NCBI GenBank assembly: GCA_047495785.1
Contig: JBLDXI010000032.1
Location: 2,790,001-2,854,000, forward strand
Reading direction: 5' to 3'
DNA from: Lepidodermella squamata
Lineage: Eukaryota; Animalia; Gastrotricha
Length of the DNA stretch: 64,000 nt
The notes below the pieces were generated by a model. It worked only from the letters and a program-made list of their open reading frames with translations, made no database searches and was not told where the DNA came from. This document shows positions 45,006 through 56,602 of this stretch, one piece after another; positions within the stretch are counted from its first letter, which is position 1, and each line of letters starts with the position of its first letter. Both the position numbers and the translations under genes were made by a program.

Positions 45006-45578
45006 TTAACAAGTGAAAAGTGATGTTTGGCGAAATTTTTGACTTCGTGAGATTTTGATACTGCTTCAAAAGATCAAGGAACGAGAAGTCAAACGATATC
45101 AAAAAGAGGTTGATAGTCATCATGTTTGCTGAGAAAATAGGCTTCACAGCTTTCGGGTGATAATTGCCCCGGAAAAATGCGCGCAGATAATTAAGTTTTT
45201 ATTGCATCAATTAATAATTCGTCGCGCAATAAATTCTGATGTTATTTCCTTATGCGCAGTCGAGATGTAGTTAGGATAATTTGAGGTGAGGAATCTTGCT
45301 AGATATTTGAAAAAATTTTGTGGTATCAAGCTAGGACTTCCACCTCAACCTAAATCGATAAGCTTTTTAGGTTTTAGGCGACAACTTGGGGTCTCCCGTC
45401 TTTTAAGGTGAATGGGAGCCTCCTAGAGGTCTGAATTTCGAAAATTCAAAATCCTTAAGAAATACTGAGTAAGAACATTAAGGAATCCAAGAAGGAATCC
45501 CCTCTTCAAGTCAGCACACTTTTAGCCATTTGCTGGAAAACACAGAAAATACGCCGAACCCCACTTTTCAATAGTTAA
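45006..45578. mobile_element. Non-autonomous TIR element (MITE-like), copy 1
   Basis: Termini aagtgaaaagtg... / ...ccccacttttcaa with TTAA outside both ends. About 400 bp is the diverged reverse complement of about 48620-48990. Confidence 0.7.
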
Positions 45579-45587
45579 CAGTCCAAT

Positions 45588-46799
45588 TTATTCAGCATTT
45601 TTTGGAATTGATATTACAGCATTTGTTAGCGAACTTCGTTTTTTCTTTAAGTAACTAGCTAATTTTCTGGCATTGACATGGTTGCAAATTGCGAAACCCA
45701 TAACTGAAGCTGAGAGTTCGGCGATTTCCAACAGAAAATTGTTGAGCTCCAACACGATTTCGAAGGCATTGCACAGCGCTTCGCTTTTGTTATTACGGTC
45801 GTGGTATAACATGCTTAAAATCGTGCTCGGTAGTTGCACGATTAAATGTACGAGGAAAAATGACGAGATGACCAGGTAAATGTTGGTCAGTGTTCTGTCG
45901 TATTTTTTCAACCCACTAGATCGGCGGCCGACTGTCGACCGCATCGTCATTTCAGAGTGACTCCGCGGCATAATATCGGCTGCTTCCATTTGAAAAATCG
46001 ACCGATAAACCTCGGAACTTTTCGTAAAGTGCCAGTAGCAGATGTAGATGAAGGACACGACAGCAATTGCTGATAAAGATAGAGAAATACATCGGCGATA
46101 GAGACTGCCATTCAAGGGCCATCTTAGAGACATTTCATCGTCAAATTTCAGATCCCAGTAACCTTCCAAATCGTCCTTGTAAACTATGTAACGGACAACA
46201 GCTACGTAGCTCTTCAAATACCCAATCTATAGGAAAATCAATTAAAAAAAATCCGCCTTAATTTTTGAAATTTTTACCTGAAGAGCTAAAAAGTAGCAAT
46301 AAAGAGTAATTTTAGGATTGAATTTCAACGGCGAATTTCGAAGCAGTAGACATCGCTCAATGCCGTAGAAAGCTAGTAAGGCGTAAGAGGTCCAATGAGC
46401 TGCATCATTGCCGAACATTCCTAGGCTGAGAAGTGCGACTGCCATGGCGTAGCCATAAGCTCCACTTCTTCGGCCGCAAATCGCTACGTTATTGCACTCA
46501 AATAGACAAAACGGGATGAATGTGATGAAGAACATGCAGGCGTTGACTGAAATGGCTTTCAACAGGTGATAGGCTGGTTGCCAGTACTTTTTATGCATAA
46601 CCTGCCGCGACGGCTCTTCGATCGGCTTATTCAGGGCTCGGTGGGACAAGAGGCTCAGCAGAATCCCGGCGACTATGATGACCGGGTGGATGTAGTTGGC
46701 CATAACTCGGCGAATGTAAGCTCCGAAGCAGCAAACATCGTTGAAGCCTATCGATTTGTAATCAGGACAAAATGTGTCGTTATTTGACCCACCAATCAT
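45588..46799 (-). CDS. Orphan class A (rhodopsin-like) 7TM GPCR, 2 exons; GPCR-A
   Basis: Exons 46799-46278 and 46226-45588 (51-nt phase-0 intron). Seven hydrophobic segments; TM3 ends in YGIERC, a DRY-equivalent. Confidence 0.75.
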
Positions 46800-47195
46800 T
46801 TTTACGTACTGTAGTTGCGGGGGGAAAAATATTCGAACTAATATTCCACATTATTAGATAAGAATTTAAGAACGTTTAAATTTTGCTGATAAAATTCCCA
46901 ATAAATTGCGAAGCTAGCAACATATGGGCCGTGGGCGAATTCGGGGGTAAACATTGGATTTGCCAAAAGTGGACAACCTAAATTTTGGGTTATTATTAGC
47001 GTCGGACTGAGCCGAAATGGATTCGAAGTATTGATTTTCCAAGCTATTCGATCCGGATAAAAAATCCAAAGGTCATGGGGGCTTCAGTAATCTGGATCGG
47101 AATGTAAAAAGCTGAAACTTCAAATAATCGAAAACTTTTGAACTGGAGCCTCAATTTTTTTTATAGGTTGAAGTATTATTAAAATTATTTATTTA

Positions 47196-48385
47196 TTATC
47201 GATTTTTCTCATCCACTGAATTCGATTTCAGACATTGACTATTTTCAGACGATTTTCTGTTAATGAATTTGATTCTTGAAAATCGCTTGGCAATAGGGCT
47301 GAGTTGAGTGCTGACAACCAATCCCATCGAGGCGGCTGATAGTTCGCAAAGTTCAAGCGCAAGATTGACAACCTCTGTTGATATGCCTCGAACATTACAA
47401 TAGGTAACACGGTCCTTTGAATAAAGAGGCGTTATGTAAAACCACTGGGCTATCTCGTAAAGCGCCGATATGAAAAAATGTACGAGATAAAGGGAAGCTA
47501 TCACCAGGTAGACTATTGTTAGCGTTCGTTCACGGCGGCTTGCTAGCAGCGTGTGATCACTCAGCCTTCGAGTAGCAGCCGGCTTACGCTGCTGATTTTG
47601 CCCGTTCACCGGAACGAAGGTCGTTTTTACTAATGAGTAACAGATATAGCCGAAAGAGCTCATGGCGGCGCCGATTATTGAAAGTGTCACGATATTGCGT
47701 AGTAGGGTCCAATTAGCCAAACTAGCTTGAAAGGCGTCCCCTCTTGGACGCAACACCCAAAAGGAATGAAGGTCAACTATTTGAAATCGATTGGCTCCAA
47801 GATAACTTCGAATAGCCCCCATCTAAAATTACGTTAAAAATAAAAAAAATTGTGTAAAAAAAAGATTTTATTCACCTGAATAGCAAGAAAGCTGCCGTAT
47901 AAATGGTTGAATTTCGATCGCTTTTTAAGCTGGTAACATCGCTCGATGCCGTACAGAACAACAATAGCATAGGACACCCAATGCGCCGCGTCGTTGCCTA
48001 GAACTGAGCAAAACCACTCCATGCTCGCCAGAGCGTAACCGATCGCTCCAGTTTTTCGGCCGCATATTTGCAGCGTTGTACAGTAGTAGAGGCAGTGGGG
48101 CACTGCTGTCACGAAAAACAGCCCAGCGTTGAGGGTTAGCATTTTCAGCAGAAAATGAGCAGGTAGACGAAATTTGAAGTGATAGTACTTTTGATCGTCT
48201 GATTCTGTTATTTTCGAAAGAGCTGTGTATGATAAAATGCTGAGAGTTAGGCCCAGCGAGATCAGAGCTGGCCGGAAAAAGTTGGCCATAACCGCGGCGA
48301 GGTAAGCCCCGAAGCAGCAAACTTCAGAGACATCGTTGTAAGCGGTGTTAGGCTCCGAGCAGTTTCTATCACAATTATCGTGCAT
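47196..48385 (-). CDS. Orphan class A 7TM GPCR, 2 exons; GPCR-B
   Basis: Exons 48385-47876 and 47822-47196. Shares VCCFGAY, CG..GA.GYA, GNDAAHW.SY, YGIERC and RTLT.IYLVI with GPCR-A. Confidence 0.75.
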
Positions 48386-48551
48386 TAATTGTCCGGAAAT
48401 TTTAAAACATTTTGTGTTTTAAACATTTTTTTAGATTTTTATCAGCGAACTCTAGAATCCTCAGCCTATTCTGAGAATTTAATAAAAAAATTATCGACGC
48501 ACAGATGGCGTCTGGGAAATTTTATTTTTTTCCATTGAAAGTAAATGACCG

Positions 48552-48996
48552 TTAGCAAGTGAAAAGTGGGGTTTAGTGCATTATTCTGTATTTTCGAGCA
48601 AAATTCAAAAAAATTCAAACCTTTTGGAGGCTCCCATCCACCTCAAAAGACGGGAGACCAAAAGGCGGATCTATTTAGGTTGACGTGGAAGCCCTAGCTT
48701 GATTCCATCAAATCTTTGAATATTGCAGGATTCCTCGCCTCAAATTACACCATAAAATCTCGACTGCGCATATAAAAAGAGCATCAGATTAATTGATGCA
48801 ATAAAAACAAAATTTGCGCGCATTTTTTCGAAATTTGCAATTTTCACCCGTAAACTTTGAAGCTCATTTTCTCACCAACCCTGATGACTATCAACCTCTT
48901 TTTGATATCGTTCGACTTCTCGTTTATTGATCTTAAAAACGGAATCAAAATATCACGATGTCAAAAATTTCGCCAAACCCCACTTTTAACTTTTAA
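48552..48996. mobile_element. Non-autonomous TIR element (MITE-like), copy 2, inverted relative to copy 1
   Basis: TIRs aagtgaaaagtggggttt / aaaccccacttttaactt; internal homology to about 45010-45425 on the opposite strand. Confidence 0.7.
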
Positions 48997-49014
48997 CACA
49001 ACAGTCAACTATTA

Positions 49015-50135
49015 TTATTTTCGTCGTGAAAATTCTGCAGCCGCGCGAATTGCGACACCAGCCGAAGCAGCCGCCAGTTGAGCGGCGTCCATCAAATAAA
49101 TCGTAAGCTGGCGAACAGTCATTATCACGTCACAGGTCGACTCGCTTCGATCTGTGTAGTCGATGGCTCGCAGCGCTATGTACCGCCCTGGCACGTAATA
49201 AAGCGTTTGAACAGCAAAAAACGACGCAATTATTAGATAAATTCGGGTCAGAGATCGGTCGCGCCTCGTGCAGAGTCGGCGGACTAGCGAAATATCGCTT
49301 CCGCGGCGTTGACTCAGCGAATCATTGCGTTGAAAAGATCGGAGGACAACGGAGAACTGTGATTTTTTGACCTGCCAATATGCTATAAATACGTAGGTGT
49401 ACATGAAGCCGGCTGTGACGAGGATCGACATTAAGGCAGCCACTATTTTGCCGAGTAGCAATTCGCTAGTTTGCTCAACAGGTACTAGGAACCAAATGTC
49501 GAAGGCCTTTCGAACTGTATACTGAGAAACATTCGCTATGCTGTTCCCAGATGCCAGCTGTAGTCAAAATTGAAAAATAAATCGAAAATAAATAAAAAAA
49601 TAGTTACTTGAAGCGATAAGAGGAAGCAGTATGTTGACGTTCGAGGTGTGAATCTATTGTTTGAATTGTTCAAGACTGTGCATCGTTCTATGCCGTAGCA
49701 GACGATGATGAAACTAGACACCCAGTGAGATCCAAGGGTGCAAAACAGGCCCATAAACCAGAGAAACCAAGCCAGGGCGTAGCCGTAAGCTCCACCTTGA
49801 AGTCCGCACAAGTCCGAATTGGAGCATTGCGACAGCGTTGTTGGGATGCACGATATGAAATAAACTGCCGATGATATAGAAACAGCTTTTAGCAGGTAAT
49901 AAGCTGGTTGCCAATATTTGCGTCGAACAATTTTACTCGATACAGTGGTGAGTGTTTCTAGTGTTTGGTCGAGGCAATAAAACGAGGTCAAACTCAGCAA
50001 GATGCCTATGGAAATGATGACAGGTTGGATGTAACTGGCGTCTAACTGCACGTAATATGCAGCCGAACAGCAAATTCCGTTGTAACCATACGCCTTGCCA
50101 GGTGGACATTTTAATCTTGCCAAAGTCGTATTCAT
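49015..50135 (-). CDS. Orphan class A 7TM GPCR, 2 exons; GPCR-C
   Basis: Exons 50135-49608 and 49557-49015. Same intron position (after LQ), YGIERC, DRSLTRIYLII. Confidence 0.75.
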
Positions 50136-50323
50136 CGTCAAAAGCTAAAGAAATTACGGAAAATCAAAGAGTGTGTGTACGGCTGAGTTTTTATCAGTCA
50201 TAAAATTTATTGAAAATTATTGCCGCGTTAAATGCCATATGGCTTTGTTTTCTCAGTCAGAAAATTCAAGAAAATCGATTTTATTCCGTCAAATAATGTT
50301 CTTTTTCGGGCCCTGGAAGCTGT

Positions 50324-52130
50324 TTATCGTCGACGCCTTTCATTGTTATCGAGGGCAGCTATAGTCTTGTTCGACCAGATCGACGAAGATTCTTGGTTAA
50401 AAAAAAATCGAAATTTTAGCTAAGCATCATTTACTGAACCTTTATACTTACCTGGAGCGCAAGCCCACGTGCAAACAGGTGCGCATTTGTTGACGATGGG
50501 TGTCGTGGCCACGGTCACGCCAGGAACAGCACCCGAAGCCTGTGTGGTGGCTCCTGCAGCAGGCTGGGGTTGCGAAATTAGGTTCACTGTATCGTCTCCA
50601 GTCTTGTTCTGCAGGAAATTCAAAACCGATCTGATATCCGGACGACGATCCATGCAAACGCGGAAATCGTACGGGTCAGCATTAGGGTGACGGGCACCCG
50701 AAGCACCCAGCACTATGTTCTGCTTACCGCAATCTTCACTACGGCACAAAATCTTGGTCTTAGCCCCATTCTTCAGCAAAGCATTCATGATTTCAGCGAT
50801 ATTTTTTAGAGGGCACTGCGACAGAGACAACGTGTTGGCCATACGCATGACCAAGCATAGATCACCCGTGTAATTGGCATCGTTGATAACAGCGCCTCGT
50901 CTAATGAGAAGGTCGACCATCTGAGCCGTGTTAGCGCTGCATTTCAGGTCACCATCGCCGTTGATCGCGGCAGTGATTGGTTGGATGTTACACACTTTAT
51001 TTGCAGCAGTTGTAGTAGTGGTAGTAGTAGCTTGACTCGAGCAGTTGACGGAAGCATTGTTTTGAACTAGGTATTCAACCTTTCCTAATAAGCCAACTGC
51101 TGCAGCGGTTTCCAGAGGCGTCATTCCACTGTTGTCTTCCAAGTCCAGTTTTGCACCGGCACTGATAAGCCTGATTCATGGAAACATTGGTTTTTAATTA
51201 AAAATTGAAATTTTTGAAATTTAAAAAAATAAAATAAAATAATATTGTGGTTGAATTTGTTTGAGTTTACCTATTCATTGATGGGATTGTTCCCAAGTTC
51301 GTTCGCACCGCCACATGCATCGGGGTCTGGCCAAGTCGATTTGCCGCATTTGGATCCATCTTAATAACTCGCAGTAGATCATCGACCATGCCGTCGAAGT
51401 TGTTTCGCGCCGCGTAGTGCAGCGCCGAATTTCGCGAGTTGTCTGCCTCCGTCACATCCGCACTGTACGCATTCAGCAAAAGCGCGATTTTTCGTCGGTT
51501 ATTCACCGCGGCTAGGATGAATGGCGTACGGCCATTGGCGTCGTTAACTTGAATGTCAGCACCTTTATCCAACAAATGTTTCACCACGGAGAGTTTCCCC
51601 TGTTCAACCGCGTAGTGAAGGGCTGCGTATCTATCTTGCGTTGAGTCGAGTTGGTTGATTATTGACTTGACTACAACCTCTTGAAGCAGCAATTTAACGA
51701 CTTGAATATTCGAGTTCCCATAGACGACAGCGTCGTGTAGAATCGTCCTGCCCTGTCTGTCCACTGCCTTGTAAGTATCGTTCAACGAACCTTTCCCGAT
51801 CAGGAATTTCGCGGCGTTCAACGAGTGAGTTCGAATGGCGATGCGAAGAGCTGTGTTCCCAGCTTGATCCCGCTTGTCCCTCAATGAAGGGTCCTTCTCC
51901 AAGGTTGCAGTTATAGCCGCAACGTCATCACGAGCCGCTGCTTCGTGCAAATTGCCGATTAAGGCGGCTGTTATGTTGTATTCGACTTCGTAGTCATCGT
52001 AGCTGGGTATGGCGGTGGCGTCCGCAGGTGTTGCCGAAGTCGATTGCGCTCCATCAATTGCTCCATCGTCCTCAGCTCGAACCGAAGCCGCAAGAATAAA
52101 GATTAGCGAGAAAATGTAAACGATTCTCAT
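50324..52130 (-). CDS. Secreted ankyrin-repeat protein with Cys-rich C-terminal domain, type A, copy 1 (3 exons)
   Basis: Signal peptide MRIVYIFSLIFILAASVRA; ankyrin repeats (GNTALRIA, GRTILHDA, ALHYA, GQTPMHVA, GMTPLETA); GARHPNADPYDFRVCMDRRPDIR; CAPVCTWACAP|ESSSIWSNKTIAALDNNERRRR*. Confidence 0.85.
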
Positions 52131-52703
52131 TTCAAATCTAACTTGAAAAAATGGCAAATAAACCTTAAATTAAATGCTGCCTTTAATGTTGATGCAGATT
52201 TACGTTGATGGCTGAATTTAGGATTTTTAAAAATTCCTCAAGCTTAATCTGCCATCAAAGCGTGCAAAAATTCGCAAATCTGTTTCGCATGACCATCGCA
52301 TTAACTATAGTTTTAATTTTTTGAAAATTTTATGGCCATGCTATGGAAAAAGTTTGGCACGATTTTAGGGCCTTGCTATCTAGCCACCTTTATTGCTGCT
52401 CTATTTTTTAATGCCAATGCCTTGACAAAAAATTCATCTTTAATCGCAATTTAGGCAAAAAATGAATTCATTGACGAGATTATGTTATATGTTGGAGAGA
52501 AATTACTTTCACGCTGGTAGAAGATTCAGAAATTGTTGCTTGGGATTAAAGCCTCGTCATTTCCACGCCACCTCATTTGCCCCACTTAATCCAAATTCCT
52601 CAAGATACAAAACAACTTAGGCTTAAATCACGTTAAAAGCAAAAAATAATGCGTTAAATTTGTGTCAGCCTCACGCGTTATCTTTTCAAATTAAAATTTC
52701 AAC

Positions 52704-54381
52704 ATGATGGTAACTGAGTTGTTATTGGTATCAGCGGCTTTGCTGATGTGTTCGGCCGCCGACGACTACCAGTCAGATTTCGGGCGATCAATGTCGCTGA
52801 TCACGCAGTTGCACGACGCAGCGGCGAAAAATGACGCAGCAGGAGCCCGTACAGTATTGGCCCAAGACCCGCTCATCATGAACACGCGCGATACAAACGG
52901 CGAAACAGCCCTTCAGATCGCCGTTCGGACTAACTCGATCGACGTGGTTCGCCTCTTAATGGATAGGAATTCACATAACACAACAGATCACAACACGCCA
53001 ACAGGGGCGAATCTGCTTCACCTGGCAGTTCGATTCGGTAACGTGACTCTGGTCAGTATTCTCACCCGGGAATGGTACGGCCAGACTTGGATGTTCTCAG
53101 CAGATCAAAATAAATCGCAACCACTCCACGACGCTGCAAGGCTGGGCAAACTGGCTATAGCGAAAATGCTCGTAGAGAAAGGCGCCCCACTCGAAGCAGT
53201 GGATTCAGACGGCCGAACTCCGTTGTTGGTCGCGGTTGCTGCGAACCAACAGAGCGTGGCCACTACCTTACTGGCCTACAACGCCAACATTAAAGCAACT
53301 GACAGCAAAGGTTTAACTGTTGTCCACATTGCAGCGGAAAGGAATTATGTAGACCTGTTGAAACTACTGCTGAAAGACAGCCGCCTATCTGCGCGGATTA
53401 AAGCGAGAAATAACCAAGAACCACTTCACACTGCGGTTGATTCAGATTATGGCAACCTGGATGCCTTGCAAGTCCTTATTGATAACGGTGGCAGTGTCGA
53501 CGCGATTGATTCCAACCAAAACACACCGCTATCACTAGCAGCTGGGAAAGGCAGATTGTCCAAAATTGACTTTCTCATTCGGAAGAACGCAGCGCTTAAC
53601 TGTCAGGCAAATCAGCCATGTGGAAACGATCCACTTACCGCAGCTATTCTCCAACAGAGTGATGCAACAGGTTGTAGCGAGCTTATGATCGATACTGTTG
53701 AGTTGCTTCTCAGCAAGGGAGTCGGCGTGAAACAGGCGAATTTCAACAGCCACATCTGTGAGGTCATGCGAATTGCGTCTAACAACGACAATGGCAGGTG
53801 TCCGATTATTTGGGTGGCCCAATTAATTTACGCGTTTACAAGCCGCGGGGCGAAAACAGCGGTCATGTGCAGCTACCGAGACTGCGGAAGCAAACCTATT
53901 GCTTCTAGCCGATCTGGAGCCAGACATCCGAAAGCTGACCCATACGATTTCCGAGTTTGCTTAGATCGCCGACCTGATATTCGAGCAGCCCTGAAATACT
54001 TGGCTAATATGACGACAGATTCTAACCCAGCAAACGGAGCGACAAATTGGAAAAATAGCAAAACGATCGGTATGTTAGAAAATAACTATACTTGACAACT
54101 GAATGAAAACCGTTTTTCCTCTAGCTCTTCAAAATATGAAATGCGCACCGATTTGCTCTTACACCTGCGCGCCAGGTGAGTGTTGACCTAGTTTCAGACA
54201 TTGCTGAATTTTTTTTTTCTCAGAAAATTCGCCATATTGGACGGCTGCGAAGGTTGACGGCGTCGATGATGAATTGATTGAAGTTCAGGTCCCGTTAGCT
54301 GAGAGTGGTGCAACTTCAACTCGCCGACCTTCTGGTACTTCTGGTGCTCGACGACGCTCTAATACAGGCGTTCGCAAATAA
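52704..54381 (+). CDS. Secreted ankyrin-repeat protein with Cys-rich C-terminal domain, type B, copy 1 (3 exons)
   Basis: Signal peptide; ankyrin repeats (GETALQIA, PLHDAA, GRTPLLVA, PLHTA, TPLSLAA); GARHPKADPYDFRVCLDRRPDIR; small exons ALQNMKCAPICSYTCAP and ENSPYW...RRRSNTGVRK*. Confidence 0.85.
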
Positions 54382-54559
54382 TGAAACTGAGAAGGATCAT
54401 TACGCAAATAATCTGACATATGCTGCGTGACAGAATCGTATTGTCATGTCGAATGCAATGGCTTACAGTGAATTTAACTTTTTTTTTCTTTTGTCATTAA
54501 TTTGAGGTGATCGATGAATAAACATGGAAGATTAAATTTTTCGAAATTTACCTGGCAAG

Positions 54560-54760
54560 GATAATGGTCGCTTGAGGAAGATAAGTGATATGATGATAAT
54601 CCGGATCAGGCGACCTACACGATCCTATTCTCGAGCCTAATGAAAATAATGAATATTCTTGGATTGGAAAACGGATGTGGTTATCGCGACCTCCGCCAGA
54701 CTGGAAGAGCCCAAAAGGGCGACCTAGATTGAGGTGGATTGATGATATTAAATTGAATTC
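54560..54760 (+). mobile_element. Degenerate non-LTR retrotransposon (RTE-like) 3' fragment
   Basis: Translation WLSRPPPDWKSPKGRPRLRWIDDIK matches the GRPR-x-x-W-x-D-x-I motif typical of the C-terminus of RTE-clade LINE ORFs. Surrounding frames are broken. Confidence 0.5.
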
Positions 54761-55355
54761 GATCGGCCGGCTTCAGCCCACGTTTCTCGCGCAACGCGCA
54801 AGACATTACATTGAGTCGCTTGTCTTCGACGAGGCGCCGGTTGAGTTGACCAAGCTCGACAGCTTTCGCGATGAGGAACTCGAGCAGCGAGCGGGCTGTT
54901 GATGGCAGCTGGGCCGTCGCTAAGCTGTCTCGGAGTATAATGTTCTCAATTACTAAATCATCTTTGAATACCAAAATTCAGCCTGTAAGACCTGTATCTG
55001 CAGGCTGCGCTATTGTTGGATTTTATCATGAGACGCAATTTTGGAGTCACTTTGGCCTAATTCGGTATATGGAGCCTTTTTGTTCCAAATTTATTGTTTT
55101 CGTAGCGCTGTTATTTCTACGGATTTGAAAATTTGGGAATTATCGTACAGCCGCTGAATTTCATAAGAATTAGTTTCAATTTGAAAGGATCCACCGCAAC
55201 AAGTGTGCGTGAACATTATTGGCATTCAAGCCATTATTAAGTCAACAGAAATGTATCTCACGTCTTATTCGATGACAACTATATACTTATGAAATATCCT
55301 AACTGGGTAGCTTGGTTGAAATGAGTGGAGCGAAATAGCGATCACTGATCACTGA

Positions 55356-56059
55356 TCAGGGCATATCTTCAGACGAACAAGGTGTTTCCGGCGACACGCA
55401 AATTTTGGCGCTCGAGCAATAAACGTCGGTACCAATGCAGGACGTGCAATTTGCTTCGTCATCAGTGTTACGGCAATCATTCGATCCATCGCATCTCTTT
55501 GAGTTCGGAATGCACCTGCCGGTCGAGCATCGAAACTCTTCAGGTGAGCACGGCGGGCATATTTCATCTGAAATATCTCCGCTTCCACAATCCTAAGTTA
55601 CACATACAAATCCTAATTATTGTGGAACATGATTCCAAGAAAAATAACCTACCGGAGATCCATCGCAGACGTAACTATTTCATATTACAGGGTTCAAATT
55701 AGCCGGTTATCAATAAAAACGTTGACTCACTCAGCTGGAAGGCAGGCGCTTGAATTTGCACATTTAAAAGGTCTGTCAGGTGGGCAAACGTCGCAGTTGC
55801 TTTGATCATCGCCGAACGGGCAGTCGGCACTTCTATCACAGACGTATCCTGCAGGTATGCATTTTGTAGAATTGTTACACTTGTAATCATCAGCGTTCGG
55901 GCACTGGTTAGGATGATAAGCAAAATCAAAATGAATCAGATGCGAATGATGAGTCTTATTTACCACCGTGCAGTTCGACTCGTCCCAGCCGTCGTAGCAA
56001 TTTACCTCTCCATCGCAGAACGCTGTCAGTGAAACACAATCACCCGAAGGGCATCTCAT
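55356..56059 (-). CDS. LDL-receptor class A (LDLa) repeat protein, multi-exon, 5' end unresolved
   Basis: The spliced frame gives [65 protein letters not shown] and a partial fifth module ending SSEDMP*. Three short GT-AG introns keep the frame. Confidence 0.8.
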
Positions 56060-56602
56060 TGGCTAGAATCCCTTCATGGCCTACGACATATATTTGTCTT
56101 GTTTGTCCAAATCGACGACGATTCTCGAGATGGCATGGATGGTAAAATGTGCGATGATACAACTGAGCGAAGGAAACATACTTTGCACAGACCCTTTTGC
56201 TACTCCTTATGCATACCAGTCACGAATTCATTCGGCTCGGATTGAAGTTCCTCTCCGGTCGATCGAAACAGCAAAACTTTCCCGCGGTTGTCTACTAGAT
56301 TTTATCATGTAACATGAGAGTTTGAGATTAATTGGTAAATTAGCAAACAGCCGGTCGACTCCAAGGCGCATTCGCAATCCTAAGCAAGAATTGACAAACA
56401 ATCAACGACTGGCTACACGGCTGATTTATTTAGATATAATAAAAATGGCGCGTACAGAGCCATATGGCTTTGTTTACTTCTATAGAAAACGGAGCTATCA
56501 CCTACTATCCGTGCAAGCCACAAAATGAAAAGATACTGTCAAAAACTGAAAACATTTAGGCATGATACTTCAAGTTCCTTTTCGGTGTGCGGGCTCTCAC
56601 TA

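Noticed and set aside
44914-45147. Similar ORFs at 44914-45147 (-) and 48857-49081 (+) (MTINLFLISFDFSF)
   Set aside because: The similarity comes from the shared non-autonomous TIR element, not a gene family; no transposase motif.
52704-54095. Ankyrin genes as TRPA/TRPN channel fragments or latrotoxin orthologs
   Set aside because: No TM channel domain follows, they have signal peptides and their own stop exons, and no latrotoxin N-terminal domain is recognisable.
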